Shown here: in pieces, positions 40,400 to 50,700 of the stretch | Layout of the letters: each line of letters begins with the position of its first letter | Numbering within the stretch: position 1 is the stretch's first letter | Assembly: GCA_000934665.2 (NCBI GenBank) | Contig: KZ538252.1 | Span: forward strand, 1 to 64,000 | DNA from: Catajapyx aquilonaris | Lineage: Eukaryota | DNA: 64,000 bases | Direction of reading: 5' to 3' | Notes under the pieces: model-generated | Databases searched by the model: none | What the model saw: only the letters and a program-made list of their open reading frames with translations | Told to the model about the DNA's origin: nothing | Position numbers and translations under genes: made by a program

Positions 40400-41911
40400 C
40401 TATCCTTTCCCAAGAATAACCTTGTTATCAACAAAAAACGACATAAATGCGGCTCGGTCGAATTTGGCTCCTAACCACACCCTGGGCTTGAAGTTGTCAA
40501 AAGGCAACGCAGGTTTGTTTCCTTCTGAAAAGGGAAGAAACACAGTTACAATAATGACAACAATGATGATCAGAGCAACAACGACGCAAATGATAAAGCA
40601 AACAACCTTGGAATAGTGCTCTCCTAGTAGCACGAGTGCCATTTCGTACCACAGCATCTGGAACCATTTTTTTGTACGTCCTGCATGACAGGTCATCTTT
40701 TGCGGCCCTGGAAGAAGACAGGTAAGGTCAGTGGAGAAAATCCATGCTGTGGATGCAAAATGTCCAGGCCTCCTAACCTGGCGGGTGGATCGGTGGCCCT
40801 CTTCTTCTGGTTCGGTGAAGTCCAGTGTTGTTGCTCCGATGCATCCCCGACTGACTTGTGTCGATGGCGGTGGTTACGAGACGACTGCTGGTTGAAGCGC
40901 TCAGGAGGTGTCTGCTCCCGAACTTCAATCCACTTCCTCAGTCGCCTGAAAATAACACGTAAACATGTAGTAAAACTGCTTTATTTAAAACTAACTGAAA
41001 ATGTCACGACTTACTTGATGAAAGGCATGACCATGAAGAAAGAGTTGGTCCCTCCGGCCTTTGACTTGGGCACCGGATCCTTCCTGTTGGCAGGGAGGTC
41101 TGCCAGAGGAAACCACTGAACACTCTTAATCTCACACCTGGTCTTGGGTTGGAACACCGTGTCCATGCTGACCCCAGGTACTATGTACAGGCGAGAAAGC
41201 TGCTCGTGTAGGACAGCCTCTATGTACTGGTTTGGGTCTATCATGGTGCTTATGTCAAACCCCGTCTCCTCCATCACCTCTCTGGACAATCAAGGAAAGA
41301 TCAGACATGTACATCATGCAAACACTACAAACATGTACGGACCTCGCAGCACATTCGTTAGGTTCCTCTTCCTTGTTGACCTTCCCCTTCGGAAACCCCC
41401 ACGAGGCACGTGCCCAGAACCCCTGGACCAACAGGCAATGCTTCATGTCCGCATCGAGTAATATGGCGCCGTAAGTGGGCACCGACTGCTTGTACTCCTT
41501 CCATTTAAGCAGAATGTCGTCCAGGTCAGGAACATACGGGTGCAGTGACGGCACATGCTGAATGACCAAATCGTTAATTAATAACCCAACATGCCGACTG
41601 CGAGGACATACCTTGAAAATGTGTGCTGCGAAATCCTTAATCCCGACAATCCTGAGGTTGAGCTTCTGCTGCGTGCAGTAGAAGTCCAGGTAGAACCAGT
41701 GAGCCAGCTCAATCTGGAAGCAGAGCCGCACCAGGTCGTTCCTCTCCTCCTCCGGGATGTTGATGATGAACCGGCTGCACAGGTCGTCCATTATGTACAT
41801 GGGGATCTTGGAGTTGGCCGCACACAAGGGGACCAGCGGAGGTGGAGGTGCGCACACTGGAAGGCCAGGGGAGGCTGCCAGGTCAACAGACTTGTTGCCC
41901 TTTCCATCCAT
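40400..41911 (-). CDS. DCP2: mRNA-decapping enzyme 2 (Nudix); 6 coding exons
   Basis: Box A ([36 protein letters not shown]), Nudix box [45 protein letters not shown] and C-terminal [10 protein letters not shown]. Confidence 0.95.
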
Positions 41912-42498
41912 GGCTTGTGCTGCAACAATGTTATTCACACCATGTCATCACCACTAGTGTGACACCTACATCTTTCATGACATTTGACCTTTGAACTGAC
42001 CTGTGTCTTTTCTCCTGCCCAACCCAAGTCAGAGCCACAAAATTGGGGAAACCATGCCGCAAAACCAAAAGAAGAAGTCACCGAACAATAAAAATATTAA
42101 TAACGCGAATCTGCCATCTTGGAATCAGGGTTGCCAACACATTCCTCAGCCACATCTCATCTACTATCTTTATAAAATGTGTATTTTACTAAATATTGAA
42201 AAATTACACACAACAACTTGCTGCATATAAAAACTTTTAATAAACATATTATCTAATTAATTGCAATCAGACAACACTGCTTTTCCCCCCGCCTGAAATT
42301 AAAACGGGGGCCATAAAGGGTGTCATTCCAAGTAAATATCTTTTATTTATTTATTTAATTTTGACTCATGATGGCTGCATTAATTAATTTATTTATTATT
42401 ATACCCCTTGCTCAGGACATGATGGCTGCATTTTGGGTGAACACCATGTGGAAGATTTGGGGAAGATTTGGTATTGTCTACAACTGATGGCAAAATGG

Positions 42499-44225
42499 TC
42501 ACTTCCCGATGCAAAACTCTTTAAAAATCAGGTCGAGAATGTCTTCTGTGCTGACTCTCCCTGTGATCTTCCCAATGCTCCTCACTGCCTTCCTCAGCTC
42601 CTCGGCCATCAGGACAGTGTCGCCTTGTCTGGACCACATCTCCAGGAAATTCTCCAGACACGACACACACTTCTCCAGGTGCATCCTGTGTCTGGTCTGG
42701 GTCAAGTTGGGGTGAGTCTGTGTTGGATTAGCACATCTGAAAGATAAAGTGAGTTAGCAATGGCTGCAGAAGTGTGAGGAGCGGTGAGGAGTATTGTGAG
42801 GAGCTGCTTACAATTGCGACACATGCTCCTTCAGGCAGTTCAGAAAGTCTCCTACTCCTTCTTCAGTTTTGCATGACAACCAACACACTTTAACCTCTGG
42901 AACATCCAGCATGTCCTTGTTTACAAGCAGATCCACCTTATTAGCAACAATTAATATCCTGCCGGATGTCTCAAGATTCTTCATTGCATCACTTGCACCC
43001 TGAGAAGCATCAAACATCAGGACAACCAGATCAGCCTCCTGAGCACTGCTCCTGGCTCTCTTCACTCCTTCTATTTCTATGGGGTCCAGACTCTCCCGAA
43101 TTCCAGCAGTGTCCCATAGAATCACAGGGAATCCTCCCAGATTCAAGCAAGATTCAAGGACATCTCTGGTTGTCCCAGGAATCGGAGACACAATTGCTGT
43201 TTGTCGTCTGCCTGTAATAAACAAGCCATAGATTGCTAATGTTTCCATTGTTTGTTGAAGATTTGTAAGGACAGCTTACAAAGCAAATTCAGCAAACTGC
43301 TCTTCCCCACATTAGGCTCTCCAATTATAGCAATCTTCACACCACTCCTCAGCCTCTCTCCTTTCCTGTCATCCCTCAAGTGGTCCTGAAGTTCCCCCAG
43401 CAGGAGTGTCACTTCTTCCTCAACAGTTGACATCACATCATCCTCAATATTCTCATCCTCCCCAAAGTCGATATATGCTTCTGCATTGGCCAAACACTGC
43501 AAAGACACTATTGCTCACAACTTCATTGTAACGAACCAAACCACAGACCTTCGTGAGAGTGGATGTCCATTTGTTGTAAATTCTACTGAGAGCTCCTTCC
43601 ATCTGATTCAGCGCTTGCTTCCTCTGTGCTTCAGTCTCAGCCTGAATCAGATCAGCCAATCCCTCCACTTCAGTCAAATCCAGTTTACCATTGTAAAACG
43701 CTCGTTTGGTAAATTCGCCTGAAAATGTAGTGATTAGAAAAAAGCACGTATCTGAAGCAGTAGAGGACACACCTGGTTCTGCCATCTTCAATCCAGGCAC
43801 CTTTCCTAGAGCCCCCAACATATCCTGGACCACAGCAATTCCTCCATGGACATGGAACTCACAAGAGTCCTCCCCTGTGAAGCTGCGTGGACCAGGAAAC
43901 CACAGAACTAGACCTTTGTCTATTGGCTCACTGCTCACTGGATCTCGTATCTTCTTGAGGACCGCCTTTCTCGGAACAGGAGGACTGTCCATTCTGACCA
44001 TTTTGGTCAAGGCAAATGCTGACCTGGGGCCTGACACTCGGATCACTGCAACTCCACATTTACCACCACCTTGTACCCGGAGAAACATGAGACAATGAAA
44101 CTCCACGACACATCATCTGCAGACATGGTCTTACCTGATGACAATGCAAATATAGTAGAACTGGTTCCATTGCACCTGATACCAACCCCACACAATGTAA
44201 CAAAACGTTTCAATAGTAAAGTCAT
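42499..44225 (-). CDS. GTPBP3: Mitochondrial tRNA modification GTPase (MnmE/TrmE); multi-exon
   Basis: [49 protein letters not shown]1 GEPNVGKS, G2 PGTTRD, G3 DTAG, G4 NKVD and C-terminal FCIGK. Confidence 0.96.
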
Positions 44226-44265
44226 TGCACAATTTCACAAATAGCCAACAGTTTATTTCGTGTCT

Positions 44266-47200
44266 TCACCACGGTTCGTACATCATCAGAAGAGAGTCAC
44301 CTGTAATATGTCGTCCAATATTAAATTGTATAACATACACACATGTGTACTCACATGCTAGATTGTAAAGTCGATCCCTTTCCTCCATGTTCTCGCACAA
44401 TGCCTCTAGAATCACCATGTATCTGAACAGGGTGTCACGAGGCCACACTGTTTCTCCAGCGTAGTTCGTCACCACATCAAAATTCTTCAAGACTTCATTA
44501 AACCACTCCGTGTCTGCAAACAGGAAAAGAAATAGTGAATAATTATGTTTATGATGATTATTGCGCTGTACAGTACCAACGCCACTGTCTGCTTGTTCGG
44601 ATTTGTCAACAGTGGACTGGGTCAGACCCGAGGTCAGACCACTCGAAGCAGACGTGCCTGAATCTTTTCGTTTGGGTGGCGACAGACCACTGGGACTGTA
44701 GAGAAATCATGCTGTGTTACGTCATGTAACAACACCCTACTGAAAGAACACAGTACGCACATGTCCTCAATGTCCTCATTGTCCTCCGTGTCTTTCTCAT
44801 CCTCGTCAATTTCCTCCGGAACTTCCATTTCCAAGTTGGCCATTTCACCATACCTTTCCATATCTTCAGCAAGATCCTCAACCTCTCCACCTAAGGTGCT
44901 CCTGATTGCCTGGAAGTCGTTCACTGCACAACGGATTAGAACAGCGACAAAAGACAGAATCGACATAACGCACCCATGACTGCCACGAACAGATTGAAGA
45001 AGATGAAGTGTCCAATCATGATCCAGAGTATGACGTAGACGTAAACAATGGGCGATTCCACACCTCGTTGAAGATCCATCATGATCTCAAACCAATGATC
45101 AAGGGTTGTTAGTTGAACAAGGGTTATGACTGCACTAAGCAAGTCCTGAACAGGAATACGGTGTGGTTACACTTCTGATGAGAGCAGCCGTCCCAAGGAG
45201 AAACACCATAACTTCAAAACTAGTAAGGGTGAAAGTCGCGTGCATGCCCGGCACTGGGCCAGGGAGGGATTAGTGCATGGCATGCACGCGAATTTCACCC
45301 TTACTAGTTTTGAAGTGTGCTTCACTTACACCCATGCATCCTTTGTACTTCAGGTCAAGCCCGGATCTCGTGTGTCGCTCAAACAGGAAGATTCCCACGA
45401 TCGAAAATATGTACATCATGATCAGAAGTAGCAAGAGGACGTACAGCATCGACTATAGAAATGAACAACAATAATTGTTCAACCACTTCTGATAATCATC
45501 AATCAACACTCTACGCACTTTTCCTGCTTTGATAATGGCCTCCATTAGAACTCGAATCTTCTTGAACCTAGTGACCATCTTGAGAGCCCTGAAGATCCTC
45601 AACACTCTCAGATTGTTCAGAAGTGAGAAGTAGGCCTGAAGTGTGTCCACATTTTCTTGACTATCAGTCGACACCAGAAGACCCATCACGGCTGGTAGCA
45701 ACGACTACAACAAACATGTGTAAACCTACAGACTGTTCCTATACATTGTCAATCAGTTCTCACCGTGAATGTGACCACAAAGTCAAATATGTTCCAGGCT
45801 TCACCCCAGAATTCCTTGAAGTCGTCCAGCCATTTCAGTAGGATTTCTACGACGAACATGATCAGACAGAATGTGTCGAAGACATCCAAGTAGTAGATGG
45901 CTATCTCACTCTCAGGTGTGTGCATGTCGCCCAGTTCTGTCGATTGTAAGTGAGAGGCTTTTGGATTGTTACGAACAATGTGTGCGCACCTGTTTGAGCA
46001 GCCAGAACGATCGAGTTTCCGAGGATGATTAAGAGCATGATGAACTTGAAGTATTTATCCGCCAACAACCAGTGAGACCAAATGTCCAGAGGAGGATATC
46101 TGCTGAGGCGAACCGCCATCATCCTCAGACGTATGTCAACTTCATCTTCCTCCTCACCTTCATCCAACTCCTGATAATGGCAACAATAACAATGTTTTTT
46201 CCCACCACTGATATTGTCCACTTTACTGTCCCACAACACAACTGGATAGTGTGAAGATGAACCACTTTGGAAAGGACTTTCGTATTCGGGAGATCGAATG
46301 TGACAAGGGTATATAGGGGCACGCTGTACCAACCTACCCCATGACCTAACTTTCCTTCCCGGCGGATACATATATGCATATCATTCAGCGGATACACGCC
46401 TAGGAGAGTAGGTAAAAGTGTGGGGTCTCCCAATACAAAAGCGGATAGTCCCATTTTGTCCAAAGACATGTTCAACAAAACAGTATCGATAATAATAGTT
46501 GTTACTAATTAAGCTTTCACTTTTTAACAATAATTAGTAATTATAATAGTTAAAAGTGAAAGGTTAGTTCTGACATCAGTTTTAAACACGTGAGCAATTT
46601 TTAAAATGGTCACAGACCGTAAAGGAGCCTACAACAATTTTAATTCTAATTATTATAACAATGGCTGACCACGGGCCAATTCAATTGCTCACACATTAAT
46701 TTAAGAAAATCAATGCAGGTTGCATGTGTCAACACGTCAAATGATTGCGAGTAATCATGCATATGAATTTTTAAGTCAAATTGAAATTATTATAGTTAAC
46801 TATTCGGCAATTATCTGCAGTTGTCATCAAAAATAACAATTAAAATATTTTCCATGTTCCTAGTGCCCTCTGTGGTCATTTCAAATGTGAAAAAAATGCA
46901 GAACATACCCCATAATAATTTCTCAACTAATATTTTCTTAATAGTTGTTATACACCTCAAAAGTAATTCTTTCATTGGTCGATATGCCTTTGGAATGTTT
47001 TGTACAGTATACTGCTGGCTTCAAAAGAGCGAATCGAAGCGCCGTATTCATTCCGGCCATTCGCTCTTTTGCCTCCAGCGCCACCAGCACTGTACTGATC
47101 CTCATAATAAATCAAGAACACCTCACATCGTCCTGTGAATGTGCCAAGAACATCACCAGACCATCCGGATTCAGCAGCAGCATCTCCCTCAACGAAGCCG

Positions 47201-47430
47201 GATCTACAACCAACCAGTTCTAATGTTTAAAAAAAAGTCCCTATACAAAAACCTTGTTGTGTACCTTTCACATCTTCAGCATCATACGAGGGTATGATCA
47301 TTTTCTCAGTAGAATCCACCCTTGCATTCAACCCATGAAACTTTTCAACAATCCTAGTCCTCATATATTGCCCTTCTTCGGACACCATGTCCTCTAGGGT
47401 GTTTACAGTCTTCCTAAATCCTGTATACAT
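44266..47430 (-). CDS. CATSPER2: Cation channel sperm-associated protein 2 (6-TM pore subunit of CatSper); about 10-11 exons
   Basis: RLSRYPPLDIWSHWLL, EILLKWLDDFKEFWGEAWNIFDFVVT, S4 LRVLRIFRALKMVTRF, pore TLDHW, VNDFQAIR coiled coil and C-terminal VWPRDTLFRY..LEALCENMEER. These closely parallel mammalian CatSper2 (RPPLSLWAGW, EILLKWL..WKSAWNVFDFVVT, TLDHW, VWPRDSLFRY). Confidence 0.92.
45190..45320. mobile_element. Small palindromic MITE in a CatSper2 intron (second copy at ~49388-49510)
   Basis: ACTTCAAAACTAGTAAGGGTGAAAGTCGCGTGCATGCC ... GGCATGCACGCGAATTTCACCCTTACTAGTTTTGAAGT. Confidence 0.8.
46265..46455. repeat. Interspersed repeat; uninterrupted relative of 19640-20090
   Basis: GGGAGATCGAATGTG..TAGGGGCACGCTGTACCAACCTACCCCATGA..TTCCTTCCC..GCGGATAC matches the sequence flanking the 19714 insertion. 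Confidence 0.75.
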
Positions 47431-47626
47431 CTTTGGTTCTTCCTATATATGACCAGTTCCAGCCAGGGTATATCGATCAAGCTGTAACAATAAACAAATT
47501 ATCTTCTCTACAACCCCCTCTCCAGCAGGTGGGGGTGTTCCCAACCCCTAACCACCAAAAAAGCAAGAGTATTAGGTCGATATTAGGCAACCTGTATCAA
47601 TTTGTTGAGACATGTAAACAAATGGC

Positions 47627-47640
47627 GTTCGTATGGAAAC
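47627..47640. promoter_or_regulatory. Candidate RFX X-box in the CATSPER2/TTLL bidirectional promoter
   Basis: GTTCGTATGGAAAC has one mismatch to the X-box consensus GTHNYYATRRNAAC. Confidence 0.5.
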
Positions 47641-47718
47641 GGTTCTAAATATTCGTAATCAACAGTGTGGGCCCAGGAAACAACCGGCTCCGTGCTTTAT
47701 ACGGCAGCCATGTATTAG

Positions 47719-50700
47719 ATGGACGACCCCATATTCCAAGGTATGTCCAAGAATGTCAATGATGTCCAGCAGGAATGTTCCAAGTCCAGCAGTGATTATC
47801 CCATAGGTATTCAGAAACTCCTGGTGATCGCACGTAAGACGGCTGAAACGGGTCATTGGGGTTCGAACAGATCACGTCGAGGCAAAATGCTGGCCAATGT
47901 TCCTGAAGGATCCAGCGACAATAATGGTCCGTTGTCGGATGAGGAAGATGATGGTGAGGAAGATGCTGAGGAGGAAGAGGAGGCGGAGGAGGAAGAGAAG
48001 GAAGATGCTGATAAGGGATACACGAATGGGTCGCCAGTATTGAGCCGCGAATCGCAGTTGGGGTTCTTCTCGGAGTCTGAGAGTGAACCAGGTATGTTGG
48101 TACTTTGAAGCAAATGGTGCCACTGTTGCTGGGTATTCCCCACAATCGATGTGGATAAATCGCTAAATATCGATTGTGGGGAATCGGCCACTGGTGTGTA
48201 TTTATAATATTATAAATACACACCAGAGGCCGAATCCTGTGTCGAGGACACCTGTAATGGACAGTCACTTAAAGGGACACTCCACTCAAAATACAAGTTG
48301 GGCTCTAAAAATCGGGCAAAAAATCCTGACTCCGAGGGTATAAGCAGTTTTTCTGAGAGACGAACGGTAAGGCCAGGGCGAAAGCTGGAAGTGTGTCATT
48401 CGAAAACCGCGCTCAAACGGGCCCGGCGCAGGTGGCGACGCCACCCTCTGAGGGTGACGTTGGATAGTAGCGCCGCCCTTCCCAACGGCGACTTGGATAA
48501 GTTCCCTGCGGGTATAGGGATCCGCGGGGATCTGGTTGTGTCCGAAGCCAACTTCCCCTAGTGCCCGTTGGGAAGGGCGGCGCTCTATCCAACGTCGCCT
48601 AACTTGGCCAGGTGGCCAGGCGGCGCCACTCTCGAACAGACCTCGAATTTTTTTCCGACTTTCGTCTCTTCCCCTCACATTACCGTTCGTCTCAGAGATA
48701 AACGGATGGTATCACCGGAATCAGGATTTTTTGCCTGATTTTTACAGATCAACTTGTATTTTGAGTGGAGTGTCCCTTTAAAGGAGTAAGGTAGCAGACC
48801 TGAAGCTCAAAATAGCCTCCAAGACGGGTATTCCCACATCCTGACATATTGTGAGGGGGGCACTGTGGCGCGGCGCCCACAGGTTTGTGAGCGCCTCCAC
48901 GAGAGGCGCTCACAAACGCCACCACAGTGCTCCCCTCAGGAAGAGGTAAGATAGCCTCTCTTGGAGGCTATTTGAGCTTCAGGTCTGCTACTTTACTCCT
49001 ACCTGATGCTCAAAATAGCCTCCAAGAGAGGTGCTCCCCCCTGTTCCGAACAAATTGTGAGGGGGCACTGTGTGGCACCTACAGATTTGTGAGGAAGAGG
49101 TAGGATCGCCTCTCTTGGAGGCTATTTTGAGCTTCATGTCTGCTACCTTACTCCTACCTGAAGCGCAAAATAGCCTCCAAGAGAGGCGCTTACAAACATG
49201 TGGGTGCCACCACAGTGACCCCCTCACAATTTGTCAGGAGAGGTAGGCGCGGTAGCCTACAAGACTTCTTCCTGACAAGTCGTCAGGAAGAGGCTATTTT
49301 GAGCTTCATGTCAGCTACCTCATGTGGAAGTGATTGTACTGAACATATTAGAGTTACTGGACAATTCAGTGGACACCAGTTCTGCTGTCCCAAGGAGAAA
49401 CGCCCTAACTTCAAAACCAGTAAGGGTGAAAGTCGCTTGCATGCCCTGCACTGGGCTAAAGGGGGGATAAGTGCAGGGCATGCACGCGACTTTCACCGTT
49501 ACTAGTATTGTAGTTAGGATGTACCTCCTTGGGACGGCAGAAGAGTTATGTAAACAGGCTCAGTTGCTCAAATTTTTCCAGAGAGAAGTGCTCATAGTTT
49601 ATCCCCTGCCAAGAGTGAGAGTACAGAGCAATTATATGGCAAAGCGCGTACTCCTTCCGCTCCTCCTTCCTTTCACTCCACGGCGACTTTGAACGGCCAA
49701 ATAGGTACGGTATGTCTAGCAGATAAATCGTAGTATAGTGAATGCTTTTTGTCCTACTACCTCCAGATCCACCGACGCCAGAACTAGAGTACGGAACTAC
49801 TACAATAACAACCAACGCTTCTACCCTGGAATCAACTCTAGCAGCGCTCAAGAAGTCCCACAAGAAGAGGAAAAGGAAAAGGTGACAATGTCCTTCCCAG
49901 TGTCTCTGTAAGATCTGTAAGCATCTTCTTCTTCTTCTTAGGAACCTAACAATAAACACATCCAACTGTAAGTACGAAGTGGTGAAATCAACGGCCCGTA
50001 AATTCGGTATGATTGAAGTAGGGGATGAAGATCAGTGGAACCTCTGCTGGACCGACTTCTCAGTCTCCATCGAGCGTGTTATCGACATGAAGCGATTCCA
50101 AGTGAGTACACGCTGAATCCAAGTCTGGTTCACACTACTAAACATCCCTGTTGGATGTTTGATGTTTCAGAAAATCAACCATTTCCCTGGCATGCTTGAG
50201 ATTTGTCGAAAGGACCTCCTGGCGCGGAACCTGAACCGCCTGAAGAAGCTGTTTCCAAGGGACTACGACATCTACCCTCTGAGCTGGTGTCTCCCTGCAG
50301 AGTGAGTCAACTATTACAGAACAGGTGGCATCACCGCGACCTCAGACACATCTGATCATAGTTCAGCGATTTCTGATCAGATCTTAGTCCTCATAGTTTA
50401 CAGATGTCTGATTTAGTCCTCACAGTTCAGGGAAGTCTGATCACACTTTAGTCCTCACAGTTCAGGGAAGTCTGATCACACTTTAGTCCTCACAGTTCAG
50501 GGAAGTCTGATCACACTTTAGTCCTCACAGTTCAGAGAAGTCTGATCACACTTTAGTCCTCACAGTTCAGAGAAGTTGATCAGACATTAGTCTTCACAGT
50601 TGAGAGATTTCTGATCAGACATTAGCCCTAATCACAGAGATGTCTGATCACATCTTCTGAGTCTTACCGATCATGAGTGAGGGCTGGGCAAGAACTTTCG

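Noticed and set aside
50420..50580. CRISPR-like regularly spaced repeats (also 20940-21090 and 22650-23000)
   Set aside because: The units are contiguous with no unique spacers, there are no cas genes, and the context is eukaryotic introns. These are minisatellites.
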